Below are positions 25,511-34,706 of a stretch of DNA of 64,000 nt, one piece after another. Positions within the stretch are counted from its first letter, which is position 1. Every line of letters begins with the position of its first letter. Origin of the DNA: a virus (lineage: Duplodnaviria; Caudoviricetes); IMG/VR virus record IMGVR_UViG_3300020202_000070, positions 1,942-65,941 of that record. One strand, given 5' to 3'. Position numbers and translations under genes: made by a program. The notes beneath the pieces are model-generated. The model had not been told where the DNA came from and made no database searches. It saw nothing but the letters and a program-made list of their open reading frames with translations.

Positions 25511-25762
25511 TCACATCTCCGGCAGCGCCGCCACCTCGGCGTCGGTCATCTCAACGCGCTTCACCTCGACGGTGAAGTGGTCGCCCTCCTGACCGCCGAA
25601 GTCGTTGCCGATCTCGCCCGTGAGGAACCCGCCCAACACGTTCGAGAGGTGCTGCCACTCGGACACCGGGGCGCCCGGTGCCGGAATCGCGCCGCAGCAC
25701 TGCCACGGTTCGCCGCTCTCCGGGTTGCGGAGGAAGAGGCGCGGTCGCTTCGGGTCGGTCAT
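25511..25762 (-). CDS. Hypothetical protein
   Basis: Coupled ORF ending VEMTDAEVAALPEM. Confidence 0.55.
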   Translation of the reverse strand: MTDPKRPRLFLRNPESGEPWQCCGAIPAPGAPVSEWQHLSNVLGGFLTGEIGNDFGGQEGDHFTVEVKRVEMTDAEVAALPEM

Positions 25763-25937
25763 GTCAGCCTCACGAACCGGTTCCACAGGTAGAAGTCCTC
25801 GACGCAGCAGTAACAGAGTTCCCGCTTCGGGTCGTCTTCGTAGTGCCACCACGGCGAATCGGGTCCGGGTCCGACGATGACGATGACGCGGTTCGTGTCC
25901 GTCTCGCGCCACCGCGACCCGATGGGGATGTCGCCGG

Positions 25938-26069
25938 TCACGGGGCACCTCCGAAGTCGATGACCAGCCCGCAGCACGGGACGGGCAGGACGTACAGGCG
26001 GCGCTTGGCGCGGTCGTAAAAGACGCCCACCCACAGGTCGTACCAAGCGAACAGCAGTCTCACTCGCAT
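25938..26069 (-). CDS. Small phage protein
   Basis: MRVRLLFAWYDLWVGVFYDRAKRRLYVLPVPCCG; below the ORF-track length cutoff. Confidence 0.55.
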   Translation of the reverse strand: MRVRLLFAWYDLWVGVFYDRAKRRLYVLPVPCCGLVIDFGGAP

Positions 26070-26338
26070 CGGGCGCTCTCCTGTTGGAGACGCTGTTCCA
26101 GGGCACTCAGGTCGGGCGCGGGCGGCAACGGGTGGGCGAGGTCAACGATTCGCAGGCACACTCGCTGAAGCTCCGCCAATTCGGGGTCCGTGCCCGGCGT
26201 GTCCTGCCGGATGAGTTCGGCGCGGCGGGCGTTGAGCCGCCGGAAGCGGGCGCGTTTGACGACGCGCCGAGCGCCGCCCTGGGTCTGAACGCGGTCGAGC
26301 GCCGCGATGTCGGTTTTCTGCTGTGCGGTCAGTCGCAC
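26060..26338 (-). CDS. Hypothetical protein
   Basis: GTG start with GGAGG RBS. Confidence 0.5.
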   Translation of the reverse strand: MRLTAQQKTDIAALDRVQTQGGARRVVKRARFRRLNARRAELIRQDTPGTDPELAELQRVCLRIVDLAHPLPPAPDLSALEQRLQQESARCE

Positions 26339-26745
26339 GGGTGCGCCTCCGTGAGAAGCCCCAGGAGTTCGGCACGGCGTTCGGGCGAGAGCTTGGAGAA
26401 GGCGATTGCGGCTTCGTCGTCGGCTGTTCTGCGGTGGTACATCGAGTCGCCCACAGCCGCCCATCCGATGCTTCCGTCCAGACACCACCCCCAGCCCAAC
26501 CGCTTTAGCGCGTCGTGCCAGTCCGCACCGAGGTAGTGGCGGTCACTCTGTTCACCCGAACCCAGCCATCTCCAAGCGCCCGTGGCGTGGTCCCGTTGTG
26601 GGCACTTTCTCAACACCCCCAGCGCGCGGTATCCCTCCGCGCGCACGTCGCCGCGCTCCTCCAACCAGTCGGCGAACACGAGCCGCGTTTGCCAGTCGGC
26701 CGGGTCGGCGTCGAGCGCGGCCTGGAAGTCGTCCTCGGTGGTCAT
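26329..26745 (-). CDS. TIGR02996 domain protein
   Basis: MTTEDDFQAALDADPADWQTRLVFADWLEERGDVRAEGYR. Confidence 0.85.
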   Translation of the reverse strand: MTTEDDFQAALDADPADWQTRLVFADWLEERGDVRAEGYRALGVLRKCPQRDHATGAWRWLGSGEQSDRHYLGADWHDALKRLGWGWCLDGSIGWAAVGDSMYHRRTADDEAAIAFSKLSPERRAELLGLLTEAHPCD

Positions 26746-26930
26746 TGGGCCTCCACGACGTCGAGTCGCTCCCGCGCCGGGTCGAACGGGTACAGCCGCT
26801 GCGCCTCGGCCTCCGCCGCACTCGGGCTGTCGGCCGTCACGACGCCGCAGTAATCGACCAGTCCTCGGCCGACCAGGACGCGGTACACCTCGTACCTGCC
26901 GGCGGCCCTGGAGTCGTCCTCGGTGGTCAC
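26742..26930 (-). CDS. Small hypothetical protein
   Basis: Same N-terminus (TTEDD) as the downstream gene via an 18-bp repeat. Confidence 0.5.
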   Translation of the reverse strand: MTTEDDSRAAGRYEVYRVLVGRGLVDYCGVVTADSPSAAEAEAQRLYPFDPARERLDVVEAQ

Positions 26931-27147
26931 GCCGCACAGCCCTCCTTCGCCCGCCCCGCCGCCCAACCCTGCGCCCCGTCGAGCGTCGGGAACGGGTCGC
27001 TGAGCCCCGCCGCCGGCCCCGCCGCGCGGTCGAGGGCGACGTACCCTTCGGGGATCGCGTACACCACGAACCGCCCGCACACGCTGCGGGCCTCGCCGCC
27101 GCCCTCGGTCACGTACCAGTCCATCGCTCCGCCTCCGTTGCTTCGCG

Positions 27148-28269
27148 TCACGCCGACACGCCCGCCGCCTGCTTCGCCAGCTCCTTGCCCGCGTCCGTGA
27201 GCGACCACAGGTCGCCCTGCTTGAGGAAGTACCGCAGCACGCTCTGGTTGAACGCGTCGGGGCCGTGCTTCTTCAGCCGCTTGTCCACCGCCTCCGGCGG
27301 CAGCCCGCTCTCCCGCGCGATCGCCTCGGCCGTCATCGGCACGGGGCTGTCCGCGAGCGTCTCGGCGATGAGGCACGCCTGCGCCCGGGCGCGCTGGGCC
27401 TTCTCCGACGGCACCGCGTCGAAGCGGCCGGCGTTGGCGGGACGGGGCCTCGCGGGCGGCTCCGGGGGTGGACCAGTTTCGGCAACAGTTTCCGGAATCG
27501 GGCCGGTCGTTGCCGGATCGCCGGGATTTGTTGCCGGTTCGGGTGGACTAGTTTCCGCCCGGTGAGCTTCGGCCTCGGCCGCGGTCGGCACGATGTACCC
27601 CTCCTCGCGCAGCGCCTGTCGGCCGGCGTCGGTGAGCCCGCGCTTGGTGGCGCCGCCGCGGCCGATCATCTCGAACCAGTCGCAGCCGAGCAGCCCGCCC
27701 CGGCTCACCAGCGTCATTACCGGGATGTCGAGCGCGTTGGCGATCTGTGTCGAGGACTGCGGCCCGTTCGCCAGGTAGCGGGCGATTCGCAGCCGCTTGT
27801 CGCGGGCCTCGCGCTGAGGCCGGTCCGGTTCCCCCTTCGCGACCGGCGCCTCGGCCATCGGTTGCGGCGGCTCCGGCTGCGGCTCGGGCTCCGCGTCCGG
27901 GTCGGGCTGCGGCTCCGGCACGGCGGGGATCGCGGCCGGTGGCTCGATGCCGGAGGGCGCGTCGTCCTCGGTCGGGTCGGGAATGGTCGTCACGCCGTCG
28001 GGGAGCGCCTTCCACTCGCCGCGCCGGACGGGCCGCTTCGCCAGTTCGGCGGCCAGCGCTTCGGCGTCCCCCTCGGACAGCTTGGCGGCGAACACGGTTC
28101 CGCGCCCCGCCTCCGCGGCCCGCTTCAGCTTGCGGCCGACCAGGAACAGCCACTGGCACACCTCGTCGGCCTCGTCGGCCGTCAGGTCCGGCGGGAACGT
28201 GAGCTGCGCCTGCCGGCCGTCGCCGGCGAGGCTGAAGATGTCGTGGCGGTTGTCGAGGATGCTGGACAC
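27148..28269 (-). CDS. Protein with two winged-HTH-like domains and Pro-rich linkers
   Basis: YLANGPQSSTQIANALDIP and MTAEAIARESGLPPEAV. Confidence 0.6.
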   Translation of the reverse strand: MSSILDNRHDIFSLAGDGRQAQLTFPPDLTADEADEVCQWLFLVGRKLKRAAEAGRGTVFAAKLSEGDAEALAAELAKRPVRRGEWKALPDGVTTIPDPTEDDAPSGIEPPAAIPAVPEPQPDPDAEPEPQPEPPQPMAEAPVAKGEPDRPQREARDKRLRIARYLANGPQSSTQIANALDIPVMTLVSRGGLLGCDWFEMIGRGGATKRGLTDAGRQALREEGYIVPTAAEAEAHRAETSPPEPATNPGDPATTGPIPETVAETGPPPEPPARPRPANAGRFDAVPSEKAQRARAQACLIAETLADSPVPMTAEAIARESGLPPEAVDKRLKKHGPDAFNQSVLRYFLKQGDLWSLTDAGKELAKQAAGVSA

Positions 28270-28301
28270 GGGCGATGCTCCTTCCTGGGTGTCGGTGCGG
28301 G

Positions 28302-28589
28302 TCACTTTGCGGCCCACACGTCCGGCTCTGCCTCCCGCACCAGACCGCTGTCCGTGAGGTGCCGCCGAGCTACGACGGCATCCATCAGCAGCTTGTCGGT
28401 CGCCTTCAGCCGCTCCGAGACGACACGGTTGTAGGCCACGCGGTACTGCTCCGTCGTGAAGCAGCCGGTGTCGTTGCCCGCGAGCAGCGTGCGGACGGTC
28501 AGGCGGGCCATTGGCAGGATGCAGTTGCGGTAGAGCCACGCGAAGGTTTCGCGGTCCTTCGCCTCGTCAATCGGGTCGTCGGCGCTCAT
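28302..28589 (-). CDS. Hypothetical protein
   Basis: GGAGG RBS; coding-like ORF. Confidence 0.55.
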   Translation of the reverse strand: MSADDPIDEAKDRETFAWLYRNCILPMARLTVRTLLAGNDTGCFTTEQYRVAYNRVVSERLKATDKLLMDAVVARRHLTDSGLVREAEPDVWAAK

Positions 28590-28622
28590 AGGGCGCGTCC
28601 TCCGAGTCGGTGCGGTGCGGGG

Positions 28623-31406
28623 TCACTTCTTCGCGGCGGCCTTCTTGCCGGCCGGCTTGCCGTTGGCCGCGGCCCGGTCGGCTTCGGGCCGGAAGTCGAT
28701 GAGGGCGTCGCCGGCCTTGAGCACGACGTCTTCGGGCGTGCCGAGGTCGCGGAGCACGTCGTAGACGGTGGCGTTCTCGCGACCCCGCTTGTCGCGCAGG
28801 TGGGCGAGCTGGTCGTCGATGTCCGCGACGGTCGCCGGGGCCGGGGAGAACTTGGTGTCGAGGTGCGCGGCCGCCTTCGCGGGGAAGTTCGGCACCGCGG
28901 CGAGCGGGGTGTAGACGCCGTCGGTCGCCGGCTTGGCGGCGCGGTCGGGTTCCTTCGTGGTCAGCTTCCGCTCCTCGCTCGCCGGGCCGAGCACGTACTC
29001 CTGCTTGCCGACCCGGACCCGCAGCCCGAAGTACGCGTTGGCCCGCTCCTCGTCGGTCATGGTCGGCTTGAACTGCGGCTTGAGCGACCGCGTGCGGTCG
29101 GGGAACTTCTCCTTGAACCGCGTCGGCTGGTAGAGCGGCGCGAAGTCCATGCCCGAATGCCCGTACTGCATCGAGCCGCCGGTGCTGACGTAGGGCGTCC
29201 CGTCGAGGGTGATGGGCCTGACCGATACCGGCTCCTTGAGCTTGTCGGTAAGCTTCTCCAGCGGCAGGCGGGCCTTCTCGAAGTCGGCCAGCTCGACGCC
29301 GAGGTCGCCGATGTACTCGCCCTCGAAGGCGGCGATGGGCACGCACGCGCTACAGAGGTCTTCCTCGTCGTTGACCCACTCGCACGGCATCCCGATCTTG
29401 GCGACGCACTTCGCGCAGTTGTCGTCGGTGCAGCCGCACACCCGGCAGCGGCGCACCTCGACGCACGCCGGCCCGTCGGCCGCCTTCGCGGCTTCGGCCT
29501 TCGCGACCTTCTCCTCGGCCGACTCGCCGCCGGAGAGCACGCGCCGGGCCTGCTCCCGGAGGGTGTCCCAATCCAGCTCGGCGAATGCCAGGAGCGCCTT
29601 GCCGGTGGTGCGGGTGGGGCCGTCGAACTGTAACTCCATCGTCGTCGCCAGTTCGACCATGAGGCCGACCATCTGCGACGGCTTCATCCCGGCGAGGGCC
29701 GCGTCGATCCGCTCGCCGATGGCCGACCGCTTGCCGACCCGGTCGCCGAACCGCTCCTCCATGAGTTGCGAGCAGGCTTCGCCGTGTTGCATCACCGCGT
29801 CGTAGCAGTACGCCCGCAGCGCCAGTTCGAGAGCACCGCGGATCGGCCCCTCCTCGTGGGCGTCTTCGTGCTCGTCCAGGGCCGAGCACTGGTCCTCCGT
29901 GTACTCGCGGAGGACGGTCGCCGCGAGCTTGGTCGCCTTCTCGTCCACCTCCCACTCGCCGACGGTGACCGGCTTGCCGTCCTTGCCCTTCGCGCCGGCG
30001 GGTGCCTTCTCGGTTCGCGCCGCCGGCCTCTCGCCCTTCGGCCGCTCCGGTTTCTTGAGCGTCCCGTTGTCCCGCAGCGCCTTTCGCAGCTCGCCCGTCT
30101 TCGCGACGAGGCGGAGCTTGTGCTTGTGGTCGAGCACCGCGTACACGTCCACTGCCGCCGAACTGACGTCCGCGGTGCCGAGCAGGTGGAGCAGAACCTC
30201 CTCCCGCTTCTTGGAGCCGCCGAAGTTCTCGGCCAGCTCCGACAGGCCCGCCGGCTGCTTGACGTCGCACCAGCCCCGCGGCGGGCTCGTCTCGGAATAC
30301 GGCGGCCACGCGAATTCTTCTGGGGGCGGTAGCGCCCCCTTCACCGTTCCCTTCTTCAGTTCGCGCGCGTCGTGCGCCGCGACCTTCTGCCGGTAGCAGT
30401 CCGGGTCGAGGCACACGTCGGCCCGCGTCCCCTCCGCGGTCGCCTCGGCGTCGTTGCCGGCGCGCTTCGGGCACGCCTCGCAGCTTCCGGCTTCGGGGAC
30501 GAGGTCGAGCGCCTTGCGGTCGAAGGGGGCGCCCTTCAATTCGACGGTGAAGTGGTTGCGGATCAGGTCTTTGGCGTCGCGGTAGGAGAGCGGGTCGAGG
30601 TGGTCGCGGGTCAGGTTCGGGCGGTCCGGCGTGCCGACGAGGTGCTCCGGGTTCAGCACGCCCTGGAGCACGCACGCCGCCGCGACCTTCCGCGCCTCCT
30701 CGCCGGGCACGCGGGCCACCACCTCCGCCGTCGCCCGCGGCAGCACGCCGGCGTCGAGGGCCGGCATCACCCACGGCGGCAGCTTCGCCAGCCGCAAAAC
30801 GCTCCGCACCTGCCCGACCGACTCCGCACCCACGAGGGCGGCGAGCGCCTTGTCGTCGGGCAGGCCGGCGCGCACCTGGACGTAACCCGCGACCAGCTCC
30901 GACACCGACAGCGGCCGGCTCTGCTCGCGGCTGACGAGCATTCGCTCCCGCACCTTCTCGTCGGAGAGCGGCCGGATGATCACCTGGACCTTCTCGCAGG
31001 CGTGCGCCTCCTCGGGGTAGTGCTCGCAGATGTAGTGCAGGGCGCGCAAGCGCCGCTCGCCGTCGGTCAGTTGGAAGTGATCGACGCCCTCCCACCGCCG
31101 GCCCTTGTCGTCCCAGACCGGGGCCTCGTCTGTGCCGACGGGCCGCACCTCGAGAGGCTGCTGCAGCCGGTCGGCGCGAATCGACTCCGCCAGCCCGGCG
31201 ATGTCGGCGTCGTCGAAGCGGCGGCGCAGGTTGAACGGGCAGACGCGGATCGACGCGAGCGCCACGTCGGCGCCGCTGTCCGGGCCGGAGGTGGCCGGCA
31301 CGCCCGCGGAGACGGGCGGCCCGGCCGGGGTGCGGGCGTTCGCACCGGGCTTCGGCTTGGCGGCGGACTTGGCTTTGGGCTTCGCGGTCCTGGTCGCGGT
31401 CGGCAT
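28623..31406 (-). CDS. parB: Large ParB/RepB/Spo0J family protein
   Basis: IAGLAESIRADRLQQPLEVRP, LTDGERRLRAL, CEACPKR...CLDPDCY; internal Cys-rich zinc finger. Confidence 0.85.
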   Translation of the reverse strand: MPTATRTAKPKAKSAAKPKPGANARTPAGPPVSAGVPATSGPDSGADVALASIRVCPFNLRRRFDDADIAGLAESIRADRLQQPLEVRPVGTDEAPVWDDKGRRWEGVDHFQLTDGERRLRALHYICEHYPEEAHACEKVQVIIRPLSDEKVRERMLVSREQSRPLSVSELVAGYVQVRAGLPDDKALAALVGAESVGQVRSVLRLAKLPPWVMPALDAGVLPRATAEVVARVPGEEARKVAAACVLQGVLNPEHLVGTPDRPNLTRDHLDPLSYRDAKDLIRNHFTVELKGAPFDRKALDLVPEAGSCEACPKRAGNDAEATAEGTRADVCLDPDCYRQKVAAHDARELKKGTVKGALPPPEEFAWPPYSETSPPRGWCDVKQPAGLSELAENFGGSKKREEVLLHLLGTADVSSAAVDVYAVLDHKHKLRLVAKTGELRKALRDNGTLKKPERPKGERPAARTEKAPAGAKGKDGKPVTVGEWEVDEKATKLAATVLREYTEDQCSALDEHEDAHEEGPIRGALELALRAYCYDAVMQHGEACSQLMEERFGDRVGKRSAIGERIDAALAGMKPSQMVGLMVELATTMELQFDGPTRTTGKALLAFAELDWDTLREQARRVLSGGESAEEKVAKAEAAKAADGPACVEVRRCRVCGCTDDNCAKCVAKIGMPCEWVNDEEDLCSACVPIAAFEGEYIGDLGVELADFEKARLPLEKLTDKLKEPVSVRPITLDGTPYVSTGGSMQYGHSGMDFAPLYQPTRFKEKFPDRTRSLKPQFKPTMTDEERANAYFGLRVRVGKQEYVLGPASEERKLTTKEPDRAAKPATDGVYTPLAAVPNFPAKAAAHLDTKFSPAPATVADIDDQLAHLRDKRGRENATVYDVLRDLGTPEDVVLKAGDALIDFRPEADRAAANGKPAGKKAAAKK

Positions 31407-31407
31407 G

Positions 31408-31938
31408 TCAGGTCGCTCCGGCTGGAGGGGGGAACGGTTGCGGTTTCACACCGTCGGGGACGCGGTGTTTGCCGCGGGCCAGGGGGTGCTTCGGGCAGCC
31501 GTCGGCGGTAAGTCCCAGGTGCTCGACGCACGCCGTCGAGCCGATCAGCTTCCGCACGGCGCGGGCGCGCTCGGCCCACTTCGGGTGAGGCCACTTCGAG
31601 GCCACGCCGCCCCAGGCCGCGACGACCGTCCGGCCGGCGCACTGTCCCGCGATGTGGTAGTCGTTGTCCGGCCCGATCGGGTCGGCCGAGCGCCGCAGCT
31701 CCGAGGGGTCGGTGGCCCGGAGAGCGAACAGGTTGACCACCACGAGCCGGCCGTAGCCCCAGGCGTCCGCGAACGCCACGCACCGGCGGATGGTCGGGTC
31801 GTCGGCCCGGTGGTCGGCGGTCGAGGGGTTGAGCATCACGAACGCGACCGCGCCCCGGTCCGGGTTCCACGTCCGGGTGAGGAGGTAGCGGTACAGGCCG
31901 CAGGGCGAGAGCACGGCGTCGGCTTCGAGGTAGGTCAC
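31408..31938 (-). CDS. DUF1643 family protein
   Basis: YRYLLTRTW, FVMLNPSTAD..DDPTIRRC, NLFALRATDP, PKHPL. Confidence 0.9.
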   Translation of the reverse strand: MTYLEADAVLSPCGLYRYLLTRTWNPDRGAVAFVMLNPSTADHRADDPTIRRCVAFADAWGYGRLVVVNLFALRATDPSELRRSADPIGPDNDYHIAGQCAGRTVVAAWGGVASKWPHPKWAERARAVRKLIGSTACVEHLGLTADGCPKHPLARGKHRVPDGVKPQPFPPPAGAT

Positions 31939-32041
31939 AGTTCCGGCCCCCACCGCCACCAGGCGTAGACGATAAAGGCGAAGGCCGCAATCGCCGTGCA
32001 GGCGACGGCCGCTTCTGGCCAGTTCATCTCGGCGAACAGCG

Positions 32042-32540
32042 TCACGACTTGGCCTCCACCGTCGCCCGGCCCGCGTACCCCGCCGCCTCCGCGACCGCGT
32101 GCCGGTAGCCGCGGCGCACCAGCTCCCTCGCGTACTCGGTCGCGGCCTCGGCGAGCTTCTCGGAGGCGCGCTCCGGCACCACCTTCACGAGCGCCGTCAG
32201 GGCGCACCCGCCGGCGACCGTTTCGAGCTTGCCCTTGTCGTTGACGCTCAAGGGCCACAGCGTGCCGTGCAGGTCCTCGGCGAAGACGTTGAGGCCCCGC
32301 GGGACGCGCCGCTCGACGTGCGGCGGCACCGGCCCCCACGGCAGCCGCAGCTCGCACTGCTCGCGCAGGCTCGCGAGCGCGGCCGCCACTGCGACCTTCC
32401 GGCGCGTCGCCGGGCCGCCGTCGGCGTCGTCCACCGCGCACTCGGCCTTCCTGCCGCAGCGGGCGCACTCGGCCATCACGAGCGTCGGCGTCGCGTCGAT
32501 GTGAACGGGCACGGTCGGGGGAACGCGGTCGTCGGCCATC
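32042..32540 (-). CDS. Hypothetical protein
   Basis: Coding-like ORF with CARC. Confidence 0.5.
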
Positions 32541-32543
32541 GGG

Positions 32544-32765
32544 TCACTCCTCCGCTTGTTCACCGTCGGTTCCGTTCCGCACGTCCGCGATCCACCAGTT
32601 GCCGCCCGCGTCGATCAGGGCCACGGCCTCGGCGTAGCTCGCCACCGCCGCCACCCGCTTCCACCGCGAGCCCTTCGCGCTGGAGCGATACCGCAACTCG
32701 TAGCCCGCGGGGGCAGGTGCGGGCGTCCGCACCGCGGGGGTCGCCGGTCCGTCGGCGTCGGGCAC
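32544..32765 (-). CDS. Small hypothetical protein
   Basis: Coding-like ORF. Confidence 0.45.
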   Translation of the reverse strand: MPDADGPATPAVRTPAPAPAGYELRYRSSAKGSRWKRVAAVASYAEAVALIDAGGNWWIADVRNGTDGEQAEE

Positions 32766-32769
32766 GGGC

Positions 32770-33777
32770 TCACTCCCGTCGGTCCACTTCGAGCAACTGC
32801 CACAGCGCCCAGTCCGCGGCGGTCCACTCCTCGGCGTCCTGCTGCAGGTGAGCGATCAGCTCCGGGTGGTCGCAGCCGGCGTCCTGGAGCGCGTCGGCGA
32901 GGATCGGCATCCGGTCGAAGGCGCGCTCGGCGACGATGCCGCGGGCCAGCGCCACGGCCGTGGTGGTCCGCCAGGCCGGATCGAACTGCAAGTCCCGCGG
33001 GCCGCATGCGTGCCGGTAGGTGGCGTAGAGCCACCGCCAGCGCTGCTTTTGAACGTACGCCGCGTCCGCCGCGTCCGCCGCGTTCGCCGCGAACGCCGCG
33101 TTCGCCGCGTACGCCGCCGCGTTCGCCGCGAACGCCGCGTTCGCCGCGTACGCCGCCGCGTTCGCCGCGAACGCCGCGTCCGCCGCGTTCGCCGCGTACG
33201 CCGCCGCGTTCGCCGCCGCGTCCGCCGCCGCGTCCGCCGCGTACGCCGCGTTCGCCGCCGCGTCCGCCGCCGCGTCCGCCGCGTACGCCGCGTCCGCCGC
33301 CGCGTCCGCCGCCGCGTCCGCCGCGTACGCCGCGTCCGCCGCCGCGTTCGCCGCGAACGCCGCGTTCGCCGCGTCCGCCGCGTACGCCGCCGCGTTCGCC
33401 GCGAACGCCGCGTCCGCCGCGTTCGCCGCCGCGTCCGCCGCGTCCGCCGCGTTCGCCGCGAACGCCGCGTTCGCCGCGTACGCCGCCGCGTCCGCCGCGT
33501 ACGCCGCGTCCGCCGCGTCCGCCGCGTACGCCGCGTCCGCCGCGAACGCCGTAATCACCTTCTCGGCCGCTTCGATGGCTTCGCGCGGCCGGAGGTCTTT
33601 CGGAAACCTGGCCTCGAAGATCGGCAGCACGCGCCAGGCGTCCTCGACGGCCCGGCGCGCCCACTCGAAGGCCAGCAGGCGCCGCACGGCCGGCGGGAGC
33701 TTGGCGAGCGCGGTGCGGCGCTCCTGCCACTCGTCCCAGGTCCAGCCCTTCGGCAGCTTCTCGGTTCGCGTCGCCAT
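32770..33777 (-). CDS. Imm5-like N-terminus, Ala-rich repeat tract and Gemmata-type C-terminal domain
   Basis: [23 protein letters not shown]; (AA[DNYF])n; [17 protein letters not shown]. Confidence 0.8.
   Translation of the reverse strand: MATRTEKLPKGWTWDEWQERRTALAKLPPAVRRLLAFEWARRAVEDAWRVLPIFEARFPKDLRPREAIEAAEKVITAFAADAAYAADAADAAYAADAAAYAANAAFAANAADAADAAANAADAAFAANAAAYAADAANAAFAANAAADAAYAADAAADAAADAAYAADAAADAAANAAYAADAAADAAANAAAYAANAADAAFAANAAAYAANAAFAANAAAYAANAAFAANAADAADAAYVQKQRWRWLYATYRHACGPRDLQFDPAWRTTTAVALARGIVAERAFDRMPILADALQDAGCDHPELIAHLQQDAEEWTAADWALWQLLEVDRRE
33055..33551. repeat. Coding low-complexity tandem repeat of 9/12-bp units
   Basis: Iterated GCCGCGTCC/GCCGCGTAC/GCCGCGTTC/GCCGCGAAC. 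Confidence 0.9.
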
Positions 33778-33779
33778 GC

Positions 33780-34330
33780 TCACTCCTTCTGCTGGCCCTC
33801 GCGCCGGGCCGCGTCCGCGCGGGCCTTGCACCGCGAGAGCAGCTCGTACTCGATGGCGTCGGTGCCGTGGCGGGCCACCACCTCGGCGTAGCCGGGGCCG
33901 GCGTGCCAGTCGCCGATCACGGTCTTGAGCTTCGGCCGGCCGAGATCATCGACGCGCCACGTCACCTTGCTCGCACCTTCCCCCTGGTCCTCGTCGGGGT
34001 CGTCCTCGCCGCGGTCCACCGTGTCGATGCCCGAGAGCATGTGGTCGAGCAGGGCCTCCCGCTGGCCCGGCCGGAGCTGCTCGTACTCGGCCCCGTCGAT
34101 CACCAGCTCGGCGTCGTACTCCTTCGTGAGGCGGTCCTTGAGCGGCACCGGCCGGATGTGCGCCAGCACCTCGTACCCGTTGCGCTTTTGAGCGCCGGGC
34201 CGTCCGGGTTGCGCGCCAGAAGCACGCCGACGCGCACCTCGGCGGCACGGAGCCGCGGGTGGTAGCGGGCCATGACGCGCGCGAGGAGGGTGAGCACGTC
34301 GGGGTCGGCGAGCGAAAAGGTCGTCGGCAT
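33780..34330 (-). pseudogene. Phage putative metallopeptidase-like gene, frameshifted at 34186-34189
   Basis: MPTTFSLADPDV...GPALK continues in another frame as RNGYEVLAHIRPV...QREALLDHMLSGID; 551 nt is one base short of in-frame. Confidence 0.7.
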
Positions 34331-34542
34331 TACCAGGTCTCCCCCTTGTCGTTCTCGGGCATGGGTCCGATGTTCGCGCGCCAGCGGATGTAGCTGGCGA
34401 TCCGCTGCGGGCGCCCGGCGTCCTCCCACTCCTGCCGCACCCGCGTGCACTCGGCGCCGCCGAGGCCGTCGCAGTGGGAGCGGGCGGCTAGGGCCGCCCA
34501 GACGCGGTCGAACAGATCAGGTTCCGCAGAGGTTTCGGCCAT
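34330..34542 (-). CDS. Small hypothetical protein
   Basis: MAETSAEPDLFDRVW; stop overlaps the next start. Confidence 0.5.
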   Translation of the reverse strand: MAETSAEPDLFDRVWAALAARSHCDGLGGAECTRVRQEWEDAGRPQRIASYIRWRANIGPMPENDKGETW

Positions 34543-34567
34543 CGTGTCACTCCATTCGCGGTTGAAA

Positions 34568-34703
34568 CCGAGACACCGAAACACCGAGAGTCCGTGCATA
34601 TTGACCGGGATTACTAGGCCGGTCGGTGTCTCGCCCCGGTCGGTGTTTCGGCCGAAGGTCCGCGGGTTCGGTGTTTCGGTCCTTCGGTGTTTCGGTCCCT
34701 CGG
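34568..34703. repeat. Iteron-like cluster, candidate replication origin
   Basis: TCGGTGTTTCGG at 34640, 34668 and 34684, inverted copy at 34576, variants at 34568 and 34623; just downstream of the helicase gene. Confidence 0.7.
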
Positions 34704-34706
34704 TCG

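Noticed and set aside
33055-33551. Possible second CRISPR array or DGR variable region
   Set aside because: No constant repeat with unique spacers and no reverse transcriptase; it is an in-frame Ala-rich coding repeat.
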